Positions 6,983-15,919 are shown, counted from the first letter of the stretch. The stretch is 19,717 bases of DNA from Chlamydiia bacterium (GCA_038257035.1 JBBSJT010000037.1:1-19717), one strand, 5' to 3'. A program made the numbers and translations. The notes: generated by a model from the letters alone, not told the origin.

Positions 6983-8353
6983 CTACTTCACTCCAATTTC
7001 CATTTGAACAACATCGGCAATCGATTTAGCCATTCCATCCACTTTTTGTTTATTAGGCCCCTCGACCATGACCCTGCAAATATTTTCAGTACCAGAATAC
7101 CTCACTAAAACACGTCCAGAATCGGCCAAAGCCTTTTCAACATCTTTTATGGCATGATTTAACTTTTCAATCGATTCTAAATCAGGTTTAACAGCAACTT
7201 TAACATTAACACAAGCTTGAGGATACCGCTCAAAAAAGGCTGCTAAATCCGAGAGTTTTGAGTCTGTTTCAGTCATGATGCTTAAAATCTGCAAAGCAGA
7301 TACTAAACCGTCGCCTGTAGTATTTTGTTCTTTAAAAATCAAATGACCGCTTTGTTCGCCACCAAGACAGGCATCATGTTTAATCATATCTTGGATTACA
7401 TAGCGGTCGCCTACCTGCGAGCAAATCACTTCAATATTCAGCTCTTTCATGGCTTTTACAAAACCATAATTTGCCATCACTGTCGATACGACCCGATTAT
7501 TTAAAAGCTTTCCTTTAGAAGCCATGTCCTTTGCACAGATGGCAAGAATAGTATCACCATCGACAATTTGAGCGTTTTCATCGACCATGATCACGCGATC
7601 TGCATCCCCATCAAGCGCAATTCCAACATCTGCTCGATGTTCAATGACTGCTTTTTGTATCACTTCAGGATAAAGCGAGCCGCAAGCTTGGTTAATATTT
7701 AACCCATTTGGAGTTACGCCATAGAGAAATACTTCTGCGTCAAGCTCTTTAAAAACAAGGGGTGCGACTTTATAACCTGCACCATTTGCACAATCGAGCA
7801 CTATTTTTAAATTTTTAAGTGATTTTTTTTTGGGGAATGTGGCTTTAACAAATTCGATATAGCGTCCGTCGGCATCATTGATTTTCGTATTTTTTCCAAT
7901 ATCGGCACTATCCGGTAAAAAATCATGAAAATCATTTTTTGCAACTAAGTCTTCGATCTCTTTTTCCCATGCATCGCCAAATTTATAACCTTCAGAAGAA
8001 AAAAATTTGATTCCATTATCTGAAAAGGGATTATGCGAAGCTGATATGACAATACCGGCATCTGCCCGATAAGCACGCGTAATAAAAGCGACCCCGGGGG
8101 TTGGTAAAGGCCCTAACATAAAAGTGTCTACACCCATGGAACAAAGACCGGAAATTAAAGCATTTTCATACATATAACATGAAAGCCTGGTATCTTTTCC
8201 AATCACGATTCTTGGTTTGGAGCTTCCTCTTTTAAACATTTGCCCGGCGGCCCTGCCAAGAGCGAGCACCGTTTCAATTTCCATTGGAGCAGAATTTGCC
8301 TTACCGCGAACGCCATCGGTCCCAAATATTTTTGTATTTTTAAATTTGCCCAT
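6983..8353 (-). CDS. glmM: Phosphoglucosamine mutase
   Basis: FGTDGVRG, ISASHNP (phospho-Ser loop), DGDADR, GGEQSGH and RYSGTE; 5 nt from glmS. Confidence 0.97.
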   Translation of the reverse strand: MGKFKNTKIFGTDGVRGKANSAPMEIETVLALGRAAGQMFKRGSSKPRIVIGKDTRLSCYMYENALISGLCSMGVDTFMLGPLPTPGVAFITRAYRADAGIVISASHNPFSDNGIKFFSSEGYKFGDAWEKEIEDLVAKNDFHDFLPDSADIGKNTKINDADGRYIEFVKATFPKKKSLKNLKIVLDCANGAGYKVAPLVFKELDAEVFLYGVTPNGLNINQACGSLYPEVIQKAVIEHRADVGIALDGDADRVIMVDENAQIVDGDTILAICAKDMASKGKLLNNRVVSTVMANYGFVKAMKELNIEVICSQVGDRYVIQDMIKHDACLGGEQSGHLIFKEQNTTGDGLVSALQILSIMTETDSKLSDLAAFFERYPQACVNVKVAVKPDLESIEKLNHAIKDVEKALADSGRVLVRYSGTENICRVMVEGPNKQKVDGMAKSIADVVQMEIGVK

Positions 8354-8376
8354 CTTTTTCCTTAGGAAGTTCCTCT

Positions 8377-8539
8377 AGTACACCATGTCATCTAAATTGA
8401 TAGATAATATCTTTAAATTTGCCTCTAGTTTAAGACTTAAATTTCAATACCATACATTTTTGTAGGATTGAAATTTAAGTCTTAAACTAGACGCAAACTC
8501 CAAGCATATTATCTATCAATTTAATCTACATGATGTACT
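8377..8539 (-). repeat. 163-bp imperfect palindrome in the glmM leader
   Basis: Perfect blocks 8424-8448/8467-8491 (25 bp) and 8393-8410/8506-8523 (18 bp). Ends AGTACACCATGT / ACATGATGTACT. Confidence 0.85.
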
Positions 8540-8584
8540 GAAACCTTAGCATAAAAAAACGTTATTTCGCAAGAAAATAGGAGC

Positions 8585-8613
8585 TTGACTTTTTAACTCA
8601 CTAATAGCAAAAT
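8585..8613 (+). promoter_or_regulatory. Possible sigma70-type promoter for pcnB
   Basis: TTGACT, 17 nt, CAAAAT; it would start transcription near the 5' end of the 8616-8802 hairpin. Confidence 0.35.
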
Positions 8614-8615
8614 AT

Positions 8616-8802
8616 GCTTTATGTGAGTGTGGTCTTTTTTGCTTGAAAATGGTTGTAATTGGGACGATTCTGCATAAGTGCATAACTTTTAATCGACAGT
8701 TTAGCTTCATAAATTAGAGCTTCGATTAAAAGTTATGCACTTATGCAAGAACCTTCCCCTTCCAATACCGGTCCACAAAAAAGGCACACTCCCTCATGAA
8801 GC
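8616..8802 (+). repeat. ~187-nt rod-like palindrome upstream of the pcnB RBS
   Basis: Perfect 26-bp inverted repeat 8671-8696/8722-8747. Outer stems 8625-8641/8776-8791 and 8616-8623/8795-8802 contain G-U pairs. Ends just before AAGGAG (8805-8810). Confidence 0.8.
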
Positions 8803-8822
8803 TTAAGGAGTTTTTTTACTAA

Positions 8823-10052
8823 GTGCAACCTAAAATCCACCCGCCGGGTGAACATACGATAGACCCAAATTTCATCGACAAAGACGCCTTATACGTTTTG
8901 AAAAAACTGCGAAGTGCAGGCTTTATTGCCTACCTTGTTGGCGGTAGTGTGCGCGATCTTCTAGTCCAGCGTATTCCAAAAGATTATGACATTTCTACAT
9001 CTGCAAAACCTGAGGAAATTAAAAATCTTTTTCAACGAAGCTGTATTTTAATCGGACGCCGCTTTCGTTTAGCTCATATTCGATTCGGTCATAAAATTAT
9101 TGAAGTTGCAACTTTTCGATCAGGCGAAAATGATGATGACCTGATTGTGCACGACAATCAATGGGGAACCCCTGCAGAAGATGTTTTGAGACGTGATTTC
9201 ACTATCAACGGTCTTTTTTATGATGCCGAAACAAATTCTGTTATTGACTATGTCGATGGCCTTCAAGATATTAAAGAAAGTATTTTAAAAACAATCGGCG
9301 AGCCTAAAACGCGATTTAGACAAGATCCTGTCCGTATGATTCGCCTTTTAAAATTTCAGGCGCGTTTTGGTTTTAAAGTTGCCCCAAACGTTTCAAAAGC
9401 GTTGATCTCTTCTAAGGATGAAATCGTAAAAAGCTCTCCTGCGCGCATATTGGAAGAAATTCTTCGTATGCTAGAGTCAGGTGCTTCTTCAGCATTTTTT
9501 GATCTAATGACAAAATCCGGTATTTTAGAATATCTTTTCCCCTGCCTTACTCATTTCCTTGAGGGTGAATATGGAAATGAAGTCTTTCAATATCTATCGA
9601 GTGCTGATCAATTCAACCTCAACTCAAGATACCCTCTTGATCGTGCCGTCTTAACTTCATGCCTTCTCTACCCTATTCTAGAGCATGAAATTAGAGTAAA
9701 ATATTTAAATAAAAACGAAATACCACATCTTGGTGATGTGATGATGCTTTCAAATTCTTTGATTGATGGATTTGTGACCTCCTCTTTTTCACATTTTCCA
9801 CGCCGATTAAGCTCTACCATGAGTTTTATCTTGGCAATGCAATATAAAATGACTCCGCTTTCCGGCAAAAGACATCCTCGACCAAAACTTGTGCGTAATA
9901 AAGAATTTCATTTAGCTTTAAATTTCTTGAAATTGCGTTCTTTCCTAAACCCTGAATTGCTAGACACTTATAGTTTTTGGAAGGAAATGATCAGACAATC
10001 TGAGCATCATCAAAAACAGCACCAAAGTCCGGCACCTTCAAATGGGCCTTAA
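8823..10052 (+). CDS. pcnB: Poly(A) polymerase I
   Basis: LVGGSVRDLL..PKDYDI nucleotidyltransferase motif, the PAP-type IGRRFRLAHIRFG signature, RRDFTINGL and DPVRMIR. GTG start with an AAGGAG RBS. Confidence 0.93.
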   Translation: MQPKIHPPGEHTIDPNFIDKDALYVLKKLRSAGFIAYLVGGSVRDLLVQRIPKDYDISTSAKPEEIKNLFQRSCILIGRRFRLAHIRFGHKIIEVATFRSGENDDDLIVHDNQWGTPAEDVLRRDFTINGLFYDAETNSVIDYVDGLQDIKESILKTIGEPKTRFRQDPVRMIRLLKFQARFGFKVAPNVSKALISSKDEIVKSSPARILEEILRMLESGASSAFFDLMTKSGILEYLFPCLTHFLEGEYGNEVFQYLSSADQFNLNSRYPLDRAVLTSCLLYPILEHEIRVKYLNKNEIPHLGDVMMLSNSLIDGFVTSSFSHFPRRLSSTMSFILAMQYKMTPLSGKRHPRPKLVRNKEFHLALNFLKLRSFLNPELLDTYSFWKEMIRQSEHHQKQHQSPAPSNGP

Positions 10053-10779
10053 AATTTCTGAAGATCACCCTTTGATTGCCTATGTAGGTCCTGATTTTTC
10101 AATGGGCAAACTGCCGGCGATTATTTATTTTGCCGTCTCCAAGGAAGAAAGTATGACTCTCGATCCTTTTAGTCAACCGGTGAAGTTACTTGAAAATAAA
10201 CTATGCCGAGTTATCTCGTTTACTTTACCCTGCCACGGTGAAGGATTTGATAAAATGCATGCTATTCAAGAATGGGCAGATGGATTAAAAATAAATCCTG
10301 ATCTTTTTTCCGATTTCATAAAAAGCTGTTCAAATGAAATTAATGCCTTAGTCGAAGAAGGTATTATTGATGCCGATCATATAGCCACTTTTGGACTATC
10401 CAGAGGGGGATATTTTGCAACCCTTCTTGCAGCATTCAATAGTAAAATCAAAGCCATTCTAGCCTTTGCCCCCATAACTAATTTTTCACACTTGCACGAA
10501 TTTCAAAATGGATTTGACTATAAATTTATAGAATTGAACAACAGTTACGAAAAATTATTGAATAAAGAATTACGTTTTTACATCGGCAATCGCGATAGCC
10601 GAGTCGGGACAGAGTGCTGTTTTGAATTCATCAAAGAATTGACAGATATGTCTTATGAAAACGGGATTCGTTCCCCAAAAGTTGAACTAGTCATTTCCCC
10701 ATCCATTGGCATGAAGGGTCACGGCACAGCTCCACACACCTTCCAAGACGGTATCAACTGGCTACTCTCAAAACTCTAG
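10042..10779 (+). CDS. Alpha/beta-hydrolase fold protein (putative esterase)
   Basis: LPCHG, GLSRGG nucleophile elbow, IGNRD and GHGT (putative Ser-Asp-His triad). Overlaps the end of pcnB. Confidence 0.8.
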   Translation: MGLKISEDHPLIAYVGPDFSMGKLPAIIYFAVSKEESMTLDPFSQPVKLLENKLCRVISFTLPCHGEGFDKMHAIQEWADGLKINPDLFSDFIKSCSNEINALVEEGIIDADHIATFGLSRGGYFATLLAAFNSKIKAILAFAPITNFSHLHEFQNGFDYKFIELNNSYEKLLNKELRFYIGNRDSRVGTECCFEFIKELTDMSYENGIRSPKVELVISPSIGMKGHGTAPHTFQDGINWLLSKL

Positions 10780-10820
10780 CTTTTTAGAGTGGAATGAAAA
10801 GGAGAAAGAAGCTTTTGAGT

Positions 10821-11102
10821 TATATCGTATGTGATTTTTTCAACGCAGAGACGCAGAGGCGCAGAGACGCAGAGGAAGCGCGCTTAAAGCGCGAGCAGAA
10901 CAAGAAAAGGTTACCTCAAGTGCAACCATCCCTCTTTGCTAGAGCAAAGAGGGTCAGTTATAAAATTATTTTGTAAAAAATAATTTTTTAAATCAAAGCT
11001 AACATAACTAACTCTTGGATTTCCTACTCGCGCTTTTAAGCTTAGCTTCTCTGCGCCTCTGCGTCTCTGCGCCTCTGCGTTAAAAAAATCAAAAATTTTA
11101 TA
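10821..11102. mobile_element. Palindromic MITE-like element E3 (CGCAGAGR arms, two-hairpin core)
   Basis: TATA-tcgtatgt-GATTTTTTCAA-(CGCAGAGR)x4 ... (YCTCTGCG)x4-TTAAAAAAATC-aaaaattt-TATA. Core hairpins at 10930-10953 and 10962-10987. Mobility is inferred, not shown. Confidence 0.75.
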
Positions 11103-11191
11103 ACAGGTAACTTCTCTCCTCTTCTCTCTTGTTCTCTGTGGTAAAAAAAAATGAAAGATGCTAGAATGAGCCTTTATGCTAAAGGATTATT

Positions 11192-11905
11192 ATGCAGTTA
11201 AAATATTCAGTTGTCATCCCTCTAAAGAACGAAGAGGAAAATATTATTGATTTAGTAAATGAGCTTGAACCGGTGATGATGGGTTTAAATCAACCTTGGG
11301 AACTTATCTGTGTCGATGATGGGTCTACCGATCAAACACTCAATGTACTAAAAAGCTTGAATAAAGATTATTTGAAAACATTGGTTTTCAACAAAAATTA
11401 CGGCCAATCAAGTGCCTTTGATGCAGGGTTTAAAGCAGCCAGAGGTGAATTCGTAATCACCTTAGATGGTGACCGTCAAAATGATCCGGCAGATATTCCA
11501 AAAATGGTTGAAAAGATGGATGTGGCCGATTTAGTTTGTGGCCATCGCGTTAACAGAAAAGATCCGATAACAAAAAAAATCACCTCTCGTATTGCAAATG
11601 CCATACGTGGTGGTCTTTGCGATGATCAAGTGCAGGATACCGGTTGTTCATTAAAAGTTTATAGATCAAGCTGTCTTAAAAAAATTAAAATGTTTAATGG
11701 CATGCACCGTTTCTTGCCTGCTCTATTTAAGATAGAAGGCTTTAAAATTGCAGAAGTGCCCGTCAATCATCGTGAGCGAACACATGGCACAACCAAATAC
11801 AATTTCCTCAATCGCTCTTTCAATACTATTTCAGACATGCTTGCCGTGCGCTGGATGAAAAAACGCCATTTGAATTATACTGTACAAGAAGATCAAAATG
11901 GATGA
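11192..11905 (+). CDS. GT2 glycosyltransferase (polyprenyl-phosphate glycosyltransferase, ArnC/DPM1-like)
   Basis: SVVIPLKNEEENI, VDDGSTD, NYGQSSAFDAG, ITLDGDRQNDPADIP, DTGCSLK and GMHRFLP. Confidence 0.9.
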   Translation: MQLKYSVVIPLKNEEENIIDLVNELEPVMMGLNQPWELICVDDGSTDQTLNVLKSLNKDYLKTLVFNKNYGQSSAFDAGFKAARGEFVITLDGDRQNDPADIPKMVEKMDVADLVCGHRVNRKDPITKKITSRIANAIRGGLCDDQVQDTGCSLKVYRSSCLKKIKMFNGMHRFLPALFKIEGFKIAEVPVNHRERTHGTTKYNFLNRSFNTISDMLAVRWMKKRHLNYTVQEDQNG

Positions 11906-12584
11906 TTGGCGTAATCTTTTATATCCTTTAGGGTATATATCGATCCTTCTTTTTGGTGCCCGCAATATCACTCAATGGCTCTCAAGTGAAATAAAGCAAA
12001 AAAGCGTTGTTCCGACGGTTTTTTGGAAGCTTTCGCTTAGTGGAAACCTTATGCTCATGATGCATTCCTTTATTCAAGTGCAATTTCATGTTTTCATCAT
12101 CCAAATTGGAAATGCCGTTATATCGTGGCGTAATTTAAATTTGAAAAAGCCAGTTGAGGATAGAGTTCAATTAAAAAAAGTCATTTACATTCTTGTTGCA
12201 GCCCTGACTTTTTCCTCGCTGATATTTTTTATTTTTAACGATTTAAGTTTTGGCTTGTTTCGGGTTCCAAACTTCGAAAATAAAAGTACAAATGTAATTT
12301 CACCCATCTGGCATATCATTGGATTTATTGGTTTGGCTCTTTTTTCAAGCAGATTTTGGATTCAGTGGATTGAGGCTGAAAAACAAAAAACAAGCACTCT
12401 AGGGCCTCTCTTTTGGTGGGTCAGTTTAGCAGGAGATCTTCTGATCCTTGTTTATTTTGCTAAAATCAAAGATCCGGTCAATTTGATAGGACCCATCTTA
12501 GGTATTATTCCTTACGTCAGAAATTTAATTTTAATTAGCAAAAGAAATAAAATAGCCAAGAACAAAAGTGTGCTGCATGGATAA
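11898..12584 (+). CDS. Membrane protein with two LAB_N (lipid A biosynthesis N-terminal) repeats
   Basis: Internal duplication LFGARNITQWLSSE..SVVPTVFWKLSLSG / LFSSRFWIQWIEAE..STLGPLFWWVSLAG. Overlaps both the GT2 gene and lpxB. Confidence 0.85.
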   Translation: MDDWRNLLYPLGYISILLFGARNITQWLSSEIKQKSVVPTVFWKLSLSGNLMLMMHSFIQVQFHVFIIQIGNAVISWRNLNLKKPVEDRVQLKKVIYILVAALTFSSLIFFIFNDLSFGLFRVPNFENKSTNVISPIWHIIGFIGLALFSSRFWIQWIEAEKQKTSTLGPLFWWVSLAGDLLILVYFAKIKDPVNLIGPILGIIPYVRNLILISKRNKIAKNKSVLHG

Positions 12585-13698
12585 GAAAATTTTTATTTTT
12601 GCAGGTGAACCAAGTGGAGATCTTCACGGAAGTCACCTTTTAAAAGCATTAAAAAGTTTAATTCCCCATTGCCAATTTGAAGCAGTCGCAGGACCCTTAA
12701 TGCGAAATGTTGGCGTTGATCAACTTCTTCCAATGGAATCTTTTGCGGTGATGGGTTTCACTGATGTCTTTTTGTCACTCCCCGGCTTAATTAAAAAATT
12801 TTATAAGGTACGAAATCACATTTTAGAAAGCCAACCCGACGCTGTCATTTTAATCGACTATCCCGGATTTAATTTAAGGCTTGCATCTAGCTTAAGAAAA
12901 AAAGGTTATACCGGAAAAATCATTCAGTATATATCTCCAACAGTATGGGCGCATGGAAGCAATCGCATTCAAAAAATGAGTGACACCTTAGACCTTCTTC
13001 TAACAATCTACCCTTTTGAAAAAAAATATTTTGAGAATTCACCATTAAAAGTTGAATACATTGGTCATCCACTTTGTCAAGCCATTCAAAATCATACTTA
13101 TGCTGAATTCAAAAAGGATCAGCCTATCATTGCCATATTCCCAGGGAGTCGTGCAGGTGAAATCAGACGCAACTTCGTTAAAATTTTAGAAAGTGCTGCA
13201 AGTTTAACAGATGTTACTTTTGCTATTTCAATTGCCAATGAAAAAGTAAAACCTTTAATCGAAGAGATTCTAAGACCAAGTTCACTTAAAAATTACATTC
13301 TTGTTCCTAAAGAGCAAACTTACGAATTGATGAAAAATTGCAAAACGGCAATTGCAAAATCAGGTACTGTAACATTGGAACTTGCGTTACATGAAAAACC
13401 AACAGTTGTCGTTTACGAATTATCAAGACTTAATCGCTTTATTGCAAAATACATTTTAAAATTAAATTTACCCTTTTACTGTATCGTTAATATTCTTGGT
13501 GAAGGCCAAATTTTCCCGGAACTCATTGAACAGGGATTCACCTCTGAAAATTTAACAAGGAACTTGCTATCATTACATCAAGAAGGGGGTGCAAGAGCCC
13601 ATTGCATAGAAGAATGCAAACGGATAAAAGCCTCCTTAAATGAAGCAAACCCTACAGAAAAAGCCTCTTTTAGCATTTTGAAGGTGTTATCATGCTAA
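12577..13698 (+). CDS. lpxB: Lipid-A-disaccharide synthase
   Basis: IFIFAGEPSGDLHG, AVMGFTDV, IDYPGFN, SPTVWA, FPGSRAGEI and KSGTVTLE. Start placed at ATG 12577 rather than GTG 12568. Confidence 0.96.
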   Translation: MDKKIFIFAGEPSGDLHGSHLLKALKSLIPHCQFEAVAGPLMRNVGVDQLLPMESFAVMGFTDVFLSLPGLIKKFYKVRNHILESQPDAVILIDYPGFNLRLASSLRKKGYTGKIIQYISPTVWAHGSNRIQKMSDTLDLLLTIYPFEKKYFENSPLKVEYIGHPLCQAIQNHTYAEFKKDQPIIAIFPGSRAGEIRRNFVKILESAASLTDVTFAISIANEKVKPLIEEILRPSSLKNYILVPKEQTYELMKNCKTAIAKSGTVTLELALHEKPTVVVYELSRLNRFIAKYILKLNLPFYCIVNILGEGQIFPELIEQGFTSENLTRNLLSLHQEGGARAHCIEECKRIKASLNEANPTEKASFSILKVLSC

Positions 13699-14375
13699 AA
13701 GCCTTTAAACGCAAAGTCTTTGCTTTTTTTATTGCTTATATTGGTAAATATCTTCTTCGTGCAATCCTATTTACTTGCCAAGTTGAAGTGCGCGGATTGG
13801 AAACGTTCAAAAAAATTGTTTCCATCAAAAAATGCATGCTGATGCTTTGGCACAACAGACTCACTATTGTTTCTGAAATCCTGTTTAAAGTGGATCCTAA
13901 AACCGTTTTCGCAGCACTTATCAGTAAAAGCCGTGATGGCGACCCACTTGCCACTCTTGCAAATAGTTATGCTACAGGTAAAGCTATAAGAGTGCCCCAT
14001 GACAGAAAACATCAAGCCTTAAAAACCGTCATAGAAACTTTAAAAGCAACAAATGAAGTTGTCATTATTACCCCGGATGGCCCCCGTGGCCCGCGCTATC
14101 TGGTAAAGCCAGGCATTGCCGTTGCTGCCAAAGAAACAAATGCTTCAATCATTCCCTTTACTTGGGTCTCGAGCAAATTTTGGCAGATTAAATCTTGGGA
14201 CAGGATGATTTTCCCAAAACCTTTTTCAAAGATTATCGTCACCTTCGGCGAGCCCGTTTCACACCTTCATGAAACCCTTGAGGAAACCCAGGCTATGCTT
14301 GGTGATAACCTTTTAGGCCTAGAACAAAAAGTCAATGAGACCCTCTTCACCACCCAAGACCAATGGCCTAAGTAA
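13692..14375 (+). CDS. DUF374 / lysophospholipid acyltransferase-family protein
   Basis: LWHNRL, ISKSRDG, ITPDGPRGPRY..KPG and SWDRMIFPKPFS are typical of this family. Confidence 0.85.
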   Translation: MLKAFKRKVFAFFIAYIGKYLLRAILFTCQVEVRGLETFKKIVSIKKCMLMLWHNRLTIVSEILFKVDPKTVFAALISKSRDGDPLATLANSYATGKAIRVPHDRKHQALKTVIETLKATNEVVIITPDGPRGPRYLVKPGIAVAAKETNASIIPFTWVSSKFWQIKSWDRMIFPKPFSKIIVTFGEPVSHLHETLEETQAMLGDNLLGLEQKVNETLFTTQDQWPK

Positions 14376-14387
14376 GACGCTGTAGAC

Positions 14388-14873
14388 TATAGCGTATACG
14401 ATTTTTTCAACGCAGAGACGCAGAGGCGCAGAGAAGCGCGCTAAAAAGCGCGAGAAGAACATAAATAATTATTGAATCTAAGGTCAAAATTCTTACAGTT
14501 TAAAAAAATAATTGATATTGGATGAGTGTCATCCAAGTTGATTATTGTCTTAAATTTTGAGGTTTACATGATTAATTTAAAGATGTTAATTATATTACGG
14601 TTGGTTCTTCTTGCATGTCACGTTGGCCTTGTGGACATGACTCTACAGTTACATTAAAAGATGGTAGATGCGTTTCTGATCTTGATAGCTTTCAAATTTG
14701 TTCTCTTGTTTCAAATCTAGCTAATGAAAAAATTAATCCTGGGAAGTCTTGGGTGGCTGATGATGTTAAACGACATTTTGAAGGATACAATGAATCACGA
14801 CCATCAATGGGGTGTGCTTCTCTGCGCCTCTGCGTCTCTGCGTCTCTGCGTTGAAAAAATCACAAATTTTATA
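14388..14873. mobile_element. Palindromic MITE-like element E4 (CGCAGAGR arms) carrying ~360 bp of cargo
   Basis: TATA-gcgtatac-GATTTTTTCAA-(CGCAGAGR)x3 ... (YCTCTGCG)x4-TTGAAAAAATC-acaaattt-TATA. The interior shows no clear similarity to the E2/E3 core. Confidence 0.75.
14568..14815 (+). pseudogene. Frameshifted, 3'-truncated fragment of an unknown gene inside E4
   Basis: GAGG RBS (14559-14562) and ATG at 14568. One extra base in codon 4 would join MIN to KDVNYITVGSSCMSRWPCGHDSTVTLKDGR...RPSMGC, which then runs into the repeat arm. Confidence 0.5.
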
Positions 14874-14950
14874 GTAAATAGCGTTCTCCCCCCCCCCTCT
14901 CTTGTTCCTCTGTGGTCTCGGTGTTAAAAGAAACGTTAGATTACAAAACG

Positions 14951-15919
14951 TTAGAGGCGGTCTTTGATTTTGGAGAGGAAGTCTTGACGGCAAAGGGTGA
15001 TTGCCCCTTTGATGCTACTGTACATAGCACGAGCGGATGAATAGCCATGACACTTGATGACGATGCCATCAATCCCGGACATTATGGCTCGTTGTTTTTC
15101 TGCATAGCTAAATTGCTGATTTAACTTTTCAATCGGTATTATTGTATCAGATTTTATAGGTTCCAATTCGGAAGCAACAGTTTCTAAAATGAAAGAAGCC
15201 ATTCCCTCTGCAGTCTTTAAAAGAATATTTCCAGTGACACCCGAAGTGACAAGTACGTCCACTTGGCCTTCAAAAACTTGAGCGCCTTCTATATTCCCGA
15301 CAAATTGCATATTTGAAGTGTCATCTTTTAATAAAAACTCATAAGCTTGCCTTACTTCAAAAGTTCCCTTTTTAGATTCGATGCCAATATTTAAAAGGCC
15401 ACCGCGCGGAACTTCTATATTTAAAAGACAAGATTGATAAGCTGCACCAATTTTTGCAAATTGGATTAAATGGTGAGCTTTGCAAGAAACATTCCCACCA
15501 ACATCAATGAGAGCAACGGGTTTATTTTTGGTAGGTAAAAGTGCAAGAAGAGCAAGACGTCTTACTCCCTCTAACTTTGAGAGATAAAGTGTTGCACTTG
15601 CCATAAGAGCACCGGTATTGCCGGCAGAAACAAAGGCATCTAGCTCACGCTTCTTTAAGTCCTTGATACCAAGCACTATAGATGCTTTTTTCTTATGGCG
15701 AACGGCAAAAAGAGGATCATCTGACATCAGAATCTCATCTTTTGTCGTCTTCCACTCGATTTGTGGTGAAGGATTTTTAGAAAGCTTTTTAATCAAACTC
15801 GAACTTGCGTAAATAACAAGGGTATCGGAAACCTCAAGCAGATCAACTGCTTGTAACACGGCCTCAAAAAGAACTTGGGGGCAGGTATCGCTCCCCATCA
15901 GATCGACTCCGATACGCAA
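14951..15919 (-). CDS. plsX: Phosphate acyltransferase PlsX
   Basis: RIGVDLMGSD, SAGNTGA, DVGGN, LLNIGIE..KG, GNIEG and IKCHG. True start is probably TTG at 15919 (GGAG RBS 8 nt upstream); the ORF-track start at 16000 lies inside rpmF. Confidence 0.93.
   Translation of the reverse strand: MRIGVDLMGSDTCPQVLFEAVLQAVDLLEVSDTLVIYASSSLIKKLSKNPSPQIEWKTTKDEILMSDDPLFAVRHKKKASIVLGIKDLKKRELDAFVSAGNTGALMASATLYLSKLEGVRRLALLALLPTKNKPVALIDVGGNVSCKAHHLIQFAKIGAAYQSCLLNIEVPRGGLLNIGIESKKGTFEVRQAYEFLLKDDTSNMQFVGNIEGAQVFEGQVDVLVTSGVTGNILLKTAEGMASFILETVASELEPIKSDTIIPIEKLNQQFSYAEKQRAIMSGIDGIVIKCHGYSSARAMYSSIKGAITLCRQDFLSKIKDRL

Noticed and set aside
10844..10875. Tandem short repeats as a possible CRISPR array
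   Set aside because: The 8-9-nt units have no unique spacers, are arranged as inverted arms, and no cas genes are present.
10794..10976. 60-aa ORF sharing CDFFNAETQRRR with ORF 14766-14993(-)
   Set aside because: The shared peptide is simply the translation of the E3/E4 terminus and CGCAGAGR repeats; there is no independent coding evidence.
14724..14993. ORFs 14724-14927(+) and 14766-14993(-)
   Set aside because: They read through the repeat arm and poly-C tract (LCASASLRLC), and one overlaps the plsX stop in another frame.
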